Positions 47,165-56,900 of a stretch of DNA of 64,000 nt are shown here, piece after piece. The stretch's first letter is position 1; every line of letters starts with the position of its first letter. The DNA lies in the NCBI GenBank assembly GCA_964511085.1, contig CAZEDO010000003.1, positions 3,883-67,882 on the forward strand, in the 5' to 3' direction. Both the position numbers and the translations under genes were made by a program. Source of the DNA: an uncultured Lentimicrobiaceae bacterium. Lineage in GTDB: Bacteria; Bacteroidota; Bacteroidia; Bacteroidales; DASVHX01. The notes beneath the pieces are model-generated. The model did not search any database. It had not been told where the DNA came from and saw nothing but the letters and a program-made list of their open reading frames with translations.

Positions 47165-47419
47165 ATAATTACATTTTAATATTTTGAAGTTCTTTTTGTA
47201 AAGAATTGCATTTCAGACGTGTTCTTTCTTTATCATGCAAATCGATGGCAATGCGAATTAAATTGAGTTAAATCAAAAATACACAATCATACTCTATAAC
47301 AAACGAATATTAAGTGAATTCCGACAACTAATATTCAATATAATAAATGGATTTGCTTCATCAGACAAAATACTCCGGCAGTAGAAATACCAATAGACAC
47401 AATAAGGCACAAACAGAAA

Positions 47420-49261
47420 TTAATCATATTTTAAGCTAACCTGTTTGTAAAAATCCTTCAATGTATAAAAGGCCTTTTTTTTATTTCCTGTTTCTGAGAT
47501 CAATCCTTTCCTGTTCCATCCGTCCTGAATTCCGGGAAGAACACGCCTGGGAGAGCGGAAATCAACAAGTATCCAGGGAGTAGTTCCGCGTAGTTGGGGA
47601 ATTTTATCCACCATTTTCAGGTTTTCTTTATAGAAATACTCCTGGTATTCCTCACTCCAACGGGTTAAACTATCGCCATGCATTCCTCCTAAAGCATCAG
47701 CGCCAAGTTCCGAAATAATCACTGGTTTATTCTGATTAATGACCCATTGAATTTTAGCACATTTATCGGGCAATCCGTCATACCACCCTATATATTGGTT
47801 AAAGCTGACGATGTCAACAAATTCAGCAAAAGGGTCAGTGATTGTCCGAACCATTTCATTTTCCTTTGACGCATGCTGTTCAAGCGCGGCACTGATAAGA
47901 CGTGTGTCATCTATATTGCGGGCAGTATCAACCAGCCGGTGCAGGAAACTAATTCTGTCGTCGTTAACAGGAGTTTCGTTGGCCATTGACCAAATAATAA
48001 CAGCCGCCCTGTTTTTATCCCTGGATATTATTTCTTTCAGCTGATTACTGGCAGTGGCAAATGTTTCCGGGTTTGTCCATTGGATAGTCCAATACACAGG
48101 ATTTTCCTCCCAAACAAGGATACCCATTTCATCAGCAAGGCGTATGACATTCTCGTTGTGCGGGTAATGTGCAAGGCGTACAAAATTACAGCCTAATTCC
48201 CTAACCCAGTTCAATAGCATAAGGGCATCTTCGCGGGAATACGCCCGCCCTCCACGAATCGCATTTTCTTCGTGGATAGAAATTCCTTTCAGGAATATTG
48301 ATTTACCATTTAGTATAATATCAGTTCCCTTTGTTTCAATAGTGCGGAAACCAATTTTGTCAGAAACTTTATCTGTTTCAGTACTGATAAATACGTCATA
48401 AAGGACAGGTGTTGTTGGGGACCAGCGTTTGATATTCTGTACTTTAAGATCTATACTCACATATCCATTGGCATCAGAAATCAATTTGCTCTTGATTTTA
48501 AGCTCCGGGATGCTCAGCTCTATCGTTTTGCCTGCTTTGTTAGCTCCATCAAGCTGAATATACCCGCCAATATTATCTGAAGAAGATTTTCTTAATTGTA
48601 TAAAATAGTCCCTGATAAATGTTGCCGGAATTTCTACCAATTGCACATCACGGGTAATACCTCCGTAATTCCACCAGTCCGTATTCAAAGTAGGAACTTC
48701 ATCTGCTTTGCGTTTATTATCAATTTTAACAATCAGGAAATTGCCCTTTTCTTTTACAATATCGGTGATTTCGAAGTTAAATGGTGTAAAACCTCCTTTG
48801 TGGAACCCAAGTTTCTTTCCATTCAGATAAACATCTGACCTGTAATTTGCTGCTCCAAAATAAACGAACAGTCTGTTACCAGGAGCATTTATTGCGTAAT
48901 CAAAAGCCTTTTTGTACCATATTGTCCCTTCATAATAGAACAGGTTTTCCTTTTGGGAATTCCAGTCCCTAGGTACTAGTAATGTTGGTGATTTATCAAA
49001 ATCGTATTCAATCCTTTCAGTTTTATCTTTTGGTTTTGTATTGGTATAAAATGCCCTGTCCTGTGGCTTGGGATTCTGATCATAAGGTATTGTCCTGTAA
49101 TCATAATATCCCATTTCATAAGGGTCAACTATATAATTCCATTTACCATTCAGAGATTGAACATCACGGTTATATATATTTTGAATCAATTTATCCTGGC
49201 TTATTGAGGGCAGCGTTAAACAAGCTAGAAATATAATCAGGGCATTTTTTTTCTTATTCAT
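47420..49261 (-). CDS. Glycoside hydrolase family 2, beta-glucuronidase-like (secreted)
   Basis: 613 aa with a signal peptide. WSMANETP (acid/base) and IISELGAD (nucleophile) correspond to the GusA WSIANEP / ITEYG motifs. Confidence 0.75.
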   Translation of the reverse strand: MNKKKNALIIFLACLTLPSISQDKLIQNIYNRDVQSLNGKWNYIVDPYEMGYYDYRTIPYDQNPKPQDRAFYTNTKPKDKTERIEYDFDKSPTLLVPRDWNSQKENLFYYEGTIWYKKAFDYAINAPGNRLFVYFGAANYRSDVYLNGKKLGFHKGGFTPFNFEITDIVKEKGNFLIVKIDNKRKADEVPTLNTDWWNYGGITRDVQLVEIPATFIRDYFIQLRKSSSDNIGGYIQLDGANKAGKTIELSIPELKIKSKLISDANGYVSIDLKVQNIKRWSPTTPVLYDVFISTETDKVSDKIGFRTIETKGTDIILNGKSIFLKGISIHEENAIRGGRAYSREDALMLLNWVRELGCNFVRLAHYPHNENVIRLADEMGILVWEENPVYWTIQWTNPETFATASNQLKEIISRDKNRAAVIIWSMANETPVNDDRISFLHRLVDTARNIDDTRLISAALEQHASKENEMVRTITDPFAEFVDIVSFNQYIGWYDGLPDKCAKIQWVINQNKPVIISELGADALGGMHGDSLTRWSEEYQEYFYKENLKMVDKIPQLRGTTPWILVDFRSPRRVLPGIQDGWNRKGLISETGNKKKAFYTLKDFYKQVSLKYD

Positions 49262-49489
49262 AAATTAAATTTTAGGCTGATAATTTCAACATCAATTCAG
49301 GATAGGAGAAATAGGTAAATAATCAAATTGATAGTATTTGATATAAATACTATTGTAGGTAAGCAAAACAAAAAAAAACAGGAAATCAGGCATAGACTAA
49401 ACAATATGAAAAGCCTTACGTAAAAGGAACAATTTGATGAAGGAGCAATCCGGATCTAGCATCCGGATAAATCCATAATTATCAATCTA

Positions 49490-51001
49490 TTAGTGTTTTA
49501 CGAATTTACTTGTTATTGTTTTGTTTTCTCCCTTCAGGGTGACAAAATAGACGCCACCAGGTAAACTGTGAATATCAAAAGTTTTAATGGATTGCCTGAT
49601 ATCTTCAGTCATTAACCGGCGCCCAGTCAAATCAGATACAGTTAGAGAAGTGAAACAACGATCAGTCGATTGGACTGTTAATGTATTGTGAGCCGGATTT
49701 GGATAAACAGAAATCCTGGTATCAGAATTAACTTCTGAAACAGAAAGTCCGCTTACCTTTTTCCCTTTGAGTGAAAGGTCATCTATCCAGATACGTGTTA
49801 ATCCTTCGGCAGTTAATGTAGGTGTAAATATAACCTGAGTACTATCGTCTTCTCCAATAAAATAAGTAAATTTTTTCCATTCGGCAGTCATTTCCGAAGA
49901 GGTAATATTGCCTAATGTAATACCTATGCCACCTAGGACTTTCTTTTGAACTAACAGGTTTTCGACTCCATCAGGCTGGTCAATAGCAAGCCAGAAAGTG
50001 AGCGTATCTGATTTAGTGTACTTTGCAGTATTAAGAAATCCGATTTTATCAGGTTGCCCTCTCATAAACTTCAAAGCAGCCAGACCGAAAAATTCTCCAT
50101 GATTTCCCCCTCCTCCAACTACCGTATTTGTTGTGTAAGTATAACCACCACGCCAACCCGGTAATGGCATTACTCCATCACCCGTATTTACAAACCCGAC
50201 TTTATAAATATAATCTGAAACGGTGAATACGATCTTGTAGTTTTTAGTAACAGTTCCGTCCTGGGAAGTAACAGCAACAGTACCTGTTCTGTCGGCTTCA
50301 TAACCTCTGAGATTTGTAGGATTAGTTATTGTAATTGTAGCACCTGGATTATTAGGTGTACCAGCCATTTCTATATGTTCCACACTATATGGAACTTCCA
50401 TTATGTAATCTAAATTTGCGGCAGTAAAACCATCAATACTGATGCCATTATATGTAAGATCGGTTAGGGTGGCATCATTTGGCTCTATTGCCATTTTGGT
50501 AACACTTATATCATCAATATAACACAGGCCGAGCGAAGCTGTTCCATTAACCGAAGCTGCATGAAACCTAAGATATATTTGAGTAGCTGCATCGTTTACT
50601 TGTATATTAACAAGCTGAAATATAGAATCATTTTCCATATTGCAAGGATCTTTTCCAATTTCTGTCCAGGCTACCTGATCGTATGATTTTTCGATCATCA
50701 GGTGAAAGTCGCTCAATGTACTTGTATCCCTGACTTTAACATAAAATTGCAATGTGGCAGCGGTATTTAATGCTTTGATCATTAAAAACGATTCGTTAGG
50801 CTTTAATTTTGCAGAATATGTGCCAGGATTCAAATCTTCATTATTATGAGTTAATGAATAAGTAACATTCGTTGCAATCCAGCCTACGGGCGGCGCATTC
50901 AAAACAAAGGTTTCCTGAAAATGATAGATCTGCGCGACACTAATTCCGGAGAAAGATAGCGAAAGCGTGATAATTGACAGAATGAGTAGATTTTTTTTCA
51001 T
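49490..51001 (-). CDS. T9SS cargo with MAM/choice-of-anchor-J-like domains and a cadherin-like beta-sandwich
   Basis: 503 aa with a signal peptide. LCYIDDISV and IWIDDLSL motifs, DATLTDLTYNGISIDGF cadherin-like domain. C-terminal CTD ISVYPNPAHNTLTV...GVYFVTLKGENKTITSKFVKH. Confidence 0.8.
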   Translation of the reverse strand: MKKNLLILSIITLSLSFSGISVAQIYHFQETFVLNAPPVGWIATNVTYSLTHNNEDLNPGTYSAKLKPNESFLMIKALNTAATLQFYVKVRDTSTLSDFHLMIEKSYDQVAWTEIGKDPCNMENDSIFQLVNIQVNDAATQIYLRFHAASVNGTASLGLCYIDDISVTKMAIEPNDATLTDLTYNGISIDGFTAANLDYIMEVPYSVEHIEMAGTPNNPGATITITNPTNLRGYEADRTGTVAVTSQDGTVTKNYKIVFTVSDYIYKVGFVNTGDGVMPLPGWRGGYTYTTNTVVGGGGNHGEFFGLAALKFMRGQPDKIGFLNTAKYTKSDTLTFWLAIDQPDGVENLLVQKKVLGGIGITLGNITSSEMTAEWKKFTYFIGEDDSTQVIFTPTLTAEGLTRIWIDDLSLKGKKVSGLSVSEVNSDTRISVYPNPAHNTLTVQSTDRCFTSLTVSDLTGRRLMTEDIRQSIKTFDIHSLPGGVYFVTLKGENKTITSKFVKH

Positions 51002-51196
51002 GACATATAGTTTTTAGTTGATTTATTTGTTAGTTGAATTCTAATCACCTGATTGACAAAAGTAAGTTTTGCAGCTATATTGATATGCACCGTAAAGGTA
51101 GTTTTACTCAGCCAGTCATTACACAAGTTATCGGACACTCTTACTATCAATGTAGTTCTCTGGCTTTTCATCCTGCATCAAGCGGTTTTCAGAATA

Positions 51197-51264
51197 TAAA
51201 AGTATAGCAGAAGGAAATGCAAGAGGTTTCTATGCAGTTCAAATAAGTTTCTTTTGCGACCAAT
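51197..51264 (-). promoter_or_regulatory. Promoter/operator module F (GAAACT-N15-GAAACC-N20-TACTTTTA)
   Basis: Proximal repeat at 51225-51230 and distal (degenerate, GAAACT) at 51246-51251. Box at 51197-51204. The implied leader is about 190 nt. Confidence 0.55.
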
Positions 51265-51313
51265 AATGTGTGTTAATAGTAACAGGTTCATTTTTTTCTT
51301 TTCGACAGGCATG

Positions 51314-51341
51314 AAAAAAGCCCTGAAAAACCAGGGCTTTT
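51314..51341 (-). terminator. Rho-independent terminator after 51408..53570
   Basis: AAAGCCCTG / CAGGGCTTT stem with a 6-nt loop, followed by a T-run on the minus strand. Confidence 0.75.
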
Positions 51342-51407
51342 AACCGAAAAAATCAAACTAACCAAATTAATAATCAAAAACCAACCTTATTATGTTAAAC
51401 AAACAAG

Positions 51408-53570
51408 TTAGAAGATACAGACCTTTCTTGTTTTCATTCCTTCTACAGTACTTACCATTATTAAATAAAAACCTTTTTCCCAACCTGATACATTAATAAC
51501 TAATTCGTTTGAAGGCGATTTCAGGTTGGCAATTTTTTGACCTGCAAGGTTATAAACCTCAATTACCTCTATTTCAACTGTAGAAATAATACAGATCCTA
51601 TCTGATGTGATTGTTGGGTAAACATGAATCCCATCATAGCTTATATTGCCAATGCCAACATTTGAATAAAAATTGGCAACAAGATTATGGTTCTCTGAAA
51701 CATTCGTTAATGTTAATTCTATATTGGTACCCAGAATAACTCCACCTTCTGTCCAATTCAAAAAAACATAATTCGGATTTGCAATAGCCGTAAGCGTTAT
51801 GCTTCCGCCAAGTGGCACATTGCCGGTTCCTGTTATTATTCCTCCTTCACTGGGGTTTGCTGTTGCTGATACTGTGAATACATCAACACTCTCAATAAAG
51901 TTCCCCAATATAGTATGGTCGGTAATTACATTAGTTAGAGTAAGTACTGGATCTGTTCCTAAGATGGTTCCGTTTTCGCTCCAATTTTCAAATATAAATC
52001 CTGTATTTGCAAAAGCATTTAGTGTAATATCAGAGCCATAACTAATGGAGCTGGAACCAGTAATTGTTCCACCTTCAGGAGGAGTAGGTAAGCCTGTAAC
52101 TGTAAGAGTTTGTAAAACAAACTGGGCAACAACATCATGATTAGATGAAACATTCGTAATTACTAAAACAGAATTCGATCCAATTACATTCCCTCCTTCT
52201 GTCCATTGTGCAAAAACGTAACCTGTATTCTGAAAGGCCGTGAGTGTAGCAGTCCCACCATAGGCAACAGTTCCGGTTCCTGTAATAGTGCCACCATCAG
52301 AAGGCGAGGCTGTAGCAGTTATCTGAAATGAGGCTGGTACAAAATTGGCAACTAATGATCTGTTACCACTAACAAGGAATGTATAAACAGAGTTTGAACT
52401 TACTACAGAGCCTCCGTCAGTCCAGTTTGCAAACATATAACCTGTTGCAGCAGAAGCAGTAACTGTGGCATTAAACCCTTCACCATAAACCCCGCCTCCA
52501 GAAACAGTTCCGGTAGCTGCCGGTAAAACTGCAAGATCAACAGTATAATATGCGTAAGCATGGTTAACTGTATAGGTTTTTGTTGTTGTTCCATTTTCAG
52601 CCGTTACCAGAATACTTGAAATTCCAGGAATTGAAGCAGGAGGTGTAATCACTACTGAGGCCGCCCAATCTGTTGGGGTAGCCAAAACAATTACGGATGT
52701 CTGACCTGCAGGAACAGTATCATTATAAGTAACAACGTCAGGACTAAAACCGGTAACGCTCAAAGCATCAACTTTAATGTTACTCAAAGTAGCAATATTG
52801 CTTATATTCAGTACTTGTTGCCAGGTTTTGGCAACCCTGACCCCATCTACAATCACAGTGGGTGAAGATCCGGTTGTTCCCTGGCGTAAAAGTACCGATC
52901 CAATCCCAACATCAGAGGCAGTAATATCAGAGGCAACAGCTGAAGGAGAAGGTTCAGGACTTCCAATCACCGGATTTACAAAAAGACATGTAATATCGTT
53001 GGTTGTTCCTTCAATAATCTCATATTTTATTACGAGCAAATAAGTAGTGTTTAAGCTATAAATAAACGGTGTATAATCAGCTGATGCAGGTGCCGTGATA
53101 GCACCTTTAGATATACCAAAGGCCAAATTATTTGAACCATCAACCTTTGCATATACTCTTCCTCTGAAGGTTGTATTTGTCGGAGAAGTTGGTGATTCCT
53201 TGAACGAAATGAATGCATCTCCTGTAGTGGCTGAAGTTACTTTAGCCAGGCAGGCCATATATATTAAGCTTCCTGGAAGGGTTTGCTTGGTAAACCCTCT
53301 GAATAAATCCTGCCCTGTAGTACCAACAGCAGCAGCATTTCCGATTCCTGAACAAGGAAATCCGGCATGTGACAGACCTTCGCTGACAACGAAAATTGGA
53401 TTAATCAAACTACTAGTACCCGACTGGATCAGCCAATTATGCCAGGCAAGAGAATCGCCGGAAGGATAGTCGAAATTATCGAACATCAACACCTGTCCCC
53501 TGCCGGTTATTGAAATGCCTGCCAAAACAGACAAAGCAATTAAAAAATTACGAATGGTATTAGTTTTCAT
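51408..53570 (-). CDS. T9SS cargo: LamG-like N-domain, cadherin-like domain, 4-5 InlB-B/Listeria-Bacteroides-type repeats, type-A CTD
   Basis: 720 aa. The N-domain is homologous to 15560..18385 and 23342..27460. Repeats carry GYVFAQWTEGG / GFIFENWSENG / NYVFLNWTEGG. CTD is IHVYPTITSDRI...FYLIMVSTVEGMKTRKVCIF. Confidence 0.8.
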   Translation of the reverse strand: MKTNTIRNFLIALSVLAGISITGRGQVLMFDNFDYPSGDSLAWHNWLIQSGTSSLINPIFVVSEGLSHAGFPCSGIGNAAAVGTTGQDLFRGFTKQTLPGSLIYMACLAKVTSATTGDAFISFKESPTSPTNTTFRGRVYAKVDGSNNLAFGISKGAITAPASADYTPFIYSLNTTYLLVIKYEIIEGTTNDITCLFVNPVIGSPEPSPSAVASDITASDVGIGSVLLRQGTTGSSPTVIVDGVRVAKTWQQVLNISNIATLSNIKVDALSVTGFSPDVVTYNDTVPAGQTSVIVLATPTDWAASVVITPPASIPGISSILVTAENGTTTKTYTVNHAYAYYTVDLAVLPAATGTVSGGGVYGEGFNATVTASAATGYMFANWTDGGSVVSSNSVYTFLVSGNRSLVANFVPASFQITATASPSDGGTITGTGTVAYGGTATLTAFQNTGYVFAQWTEGGNVIGSNSVLVITNVSSNHDVVAQFVLQTLTVTGLPTPPEGGTITGSSSISYGSDITLNAFANTGFIFENWSENGTILGTDPVLTLTNVITDHTILGNFIESVDVFTVSATANPSEGGIITGTGNVPLGGSITLTAIANPNYVFLNWTEGGVILGTNIELTLTNVSENHNLVANFYSNVGIGNISYDGIHVYPTITSDRICIISTVEIEVIEVYNLAGQKIANLKSPSNELVINVSGWEKGFYLIMVSTVEGMKTRKVCIF

Positions 53571-53749
53571 GCTATCAGATTTAGTTGTTATTATGTATAG
53601 AATTCGTTCTGAGATTTAAGAATAACAAAGTTTAACTGTTATAAATATATTATCAGTAGTAGCATTGTGACGATAGCTACTAAGAGTAGCGTTTGCCAGA
53701 TCAAAAGCTTTTTTGCTTTCATTCGCATATATCAGGTAATTTGGATAGG

Positions 53750-53804
53750 CTAAATTAGAATATGAAGCAGTGAATCGGGTTTCTTTACAGTTCAAATAGG
53801 TTTC
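53750..53804 (-). promoter_or_regulatory. Promoter/operator module E (GAAACC-N15-GAAACC-N20-TAATTTAG)
   Basis: Proximal repeat at 53778-53783 and distal at 53799-53804. Box at 53750-53757. The implied leader is about 175 nt. It lies about 175 nt downstream of the HTCS stop. Confidence 0.6.
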
Positions 53805-53980
53805 TGATTAAATCTATCGTGATAAAATAGGACTTTCCAGGGTGAATTTACAAAAATGGATTCATACCTTAGAGGGGTTATCCTTTCTCAAAAGAACTTA
53901 TTATTCGAATAATCATCAATTTTCAGATTATATACAATTGTAGTCCACCTCGTGATCCAGTTTGTTTCAGGTACTATATA

Positions 53981-56900
53981 TTACGCGTTCATCCTGTATT
54001 CGCTGGGTGTTTTGCTAAACTGGCGTTTAAAAGCTGTACTGAAATGTTTTGAATTAGCGAATCCCGACAGGTATGCAATCTCAGAAATAGGAAAGTCTGA
54101 TTCCAGCAGCATCCTGGCAGCCTTTCTCAGCTTTACAATACGCACAAAATCCTGGATAGAATTACCTGTAAGTGCCTTAAGTTTCCTGTATAAAACAGAA
54201 CGACTCATGGCCATTTCCCTACTAAGCTTTGTAACATCCAGAGTATCAGAATCACTATCGTTCTCAATTAAGCTTATGATATTCACAAGGAATTGTTCAT
54301 CAAGTTTGTTACTTACTACTTCAGAAGGAATAAAATTCGGTTGGCCGGTAAATTTGTTCCTTAGCAATTTCCTGCTGGTTATCAGATTTTCGATAGTTAC
54401 CTGCAAAAGATCAGGATTATATGGCTTTGATATGTATGCATCTGCCCCGGTTTTAATACCAATAATTTGATTTTCGTCTCCACTTTTTGCAGTAAGCAAC
54501 AGAACAGGAATATGGGAAGTTAGAATATCCTCTTTAATATTTTGACAAAACTCAATTCCATCCATTCCGGGCATCATAATATCTGATATGATAATATCAG
54601 GCAAATACTGCCTGGCTATTTCAAGACCTCCTGTTCCATTAGCCGCAGTGAGAACCCTGAAGGCTGGCCTGAATTTTTCAGCTATTACCCTACAGACCTG
54701 AGGATTATCATCAACAACAAGCAAAATAGGCATTTTGTCATCAGGAGGCAAAGCGCCTGAATCTGAAACAGGCATATCAACAATTTCTCCTGAGAACCCC
54801 TGATAGTCCATTTTAAGGTTGAAATTGACTTCTTCCTTTATTTCTGCATCACCTAAATGATCTTTCCCTATTGGCAAGCTAACCAAAAAAGAAGAGCCTT
54901 TCCCAATCTCACTTTCAGCTTTTATTTCACCATGATGCAGTTCAACCAGTCTTTTGCAGTATGCCAGTCCAATGCCGGAACTATCTATTTTACGATCGAC
55001 CCCCATAGTTTTTGACACGTGATAGAACCTATCAAATATCATTATTATATCTTCCGGCGCAATTCCAATTCCTGAATCCCGGATAGCAATTTCAATATAA
55101 TTTCCACGTTCATTGGCACTAATGTTCTCCTTTATATCCTTCACCCTTGTCTGAATCATAATTGATCCCCCTTCATCAGTGTATTTGAAAGCATTGGAGA
55201 GAAGGTTAAAAATGATTTTTTCCATCTTTTCCGCATCAAACCAAATTTCCGGAATGGCTCCTTTGATGCTGAGTTCAAAATTGATATTTTTCTTATTGGC
55301 TAAATCATCGAAGCTTTCTTTGATACCCTGGAGTAATTGAACAATATTGCCTTTTGTCGCTTTCAACTTCATAAGACCACTTTCGGCTTTCCGAAATTCA
55401 AGCAATTGATTAATGAGGAATAACAATCTTTTGGCGTTCCTTTCAATATTGCTTAATGTTTCTGCTTTCTTTTCGGAACCAGCAGTTTTTAAATTATCAA
55501 GATGACCCAGTATTAATGTTAACGGAGTTTTGAACTCATGCGAAATATTAGTAAAGAAACCTAGTTTCAACTGATTCAATTCTTCTAATTGTTCTTTTTC
55601 TATCCGCTCGAGAAGAAGTTGCTGCTTTACCTGTACCCATGAGGTATTTACCCTAATGAACAAAACTAAGGAACAAATAATGATAATAGCATAAATTGTG
55701 TAAGCCCACCAGGACTTCCACCATGGTGGTAAAACTCTTATCTGAATAACTGCAGGTTCAACGCTGGCAACTCCATCGTTGTTAACTGCCTTTACCATAA
55801 AAGTGTACAATCCTGGTCGCAGGCTGGCATAATTGGCAGAGCGCACTTCGCGAAAATCAGTCCATGCTTCATCAACTCCTTTCATTAAAAAGGAATATTG
55901 ATATTTACCGTTATTGATAAACCCAAGTGCTGAAAAGTGAATTTCAAAATTAGATTGAGCAAAATCCAAAGTCAGCTTCTTAAGTAGAAATAATTGTTTC
56001 TCAAGAGGGCTGTTTGGCTCTCCGACTTTCACCAGTTTATTTGAAATGTAGAGGTCAGTAAAGATGACTTTGGGAGGATGCGAATTTATCACAAGGTTTC
56101 CTGGGTAAAAGGCATTAAATCCATTGCTGCCACCAAAATAAATCTTGCCATCCCTGGTTTTGAGTGAAGCTTTCTGGTTAAATTCATTTCCTTGAAGGCC
56201 ATCAGCAACAGTATATATTTTAATCTTCCTCTGCATTGGATCATACCACACTAATCCTTTGTTTGTAGATAGCCAGAAATTATTATTGCCATCCTGCACT
56301 ATAGCATTCACAACATTATCAGGCAATCCTTCTCTAGATGTTATTGAAGTAAACTTTCCATCAGTCTGATCAAGAATACTCAATCCGCCACCCTCAGTCC
56401 CTGCCCAAATCCTCCCGTCATTTGCAATCAGAATTGAGAGAATCCTGTTATTGGCAAGGGTTGTGGTATCTGTATTTGAATGTGTATAAACTAAAAAATC
56501 TTCCGTTTCGGGATTGAAACGGTCAAGACCATGGTTTGTTCCCAGCCATATATTCCCCTGCTTGTCATTACATAGTACCTTGATCGTATTGCTGGATAAA
56601 TGCGAGTTGGAGGAAGTGTATCTTTTGAGATGACCTGTATTTCGGTCCAGAAGGTAAATCCCTCCTAAACTGGCAATGCAGAGTTTGTTACTACTGGTTT
56701 CGGTAATTGCATATACACTGGCTTTGTCAAGTGAACCAGACACATCATCAGGGTGGCTGAATTTTCGGAAGGCATTTTTTTTTCTATCAAAAATGCTTAT
56801 CCCACCACCAAATGTACCAATCCATAGGCTACCCTCATGATCTTCGTAAATTGCCAGAACTGTATTTGAAGATAAGGAATTGCTGGCAGACCTGTTGAAA

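Noticed and set aside
49448-49468. ATCCGGAT-ctagc-ATCCGGAT palindromic pair downstream of 49490..51001 as a terminator.
   Set aside because: The stem is only 8 bp, no T-run follows on the minus strand, and the next gene (GH2) may be co-transcribed. Evidence for a terminator call is insufficient.
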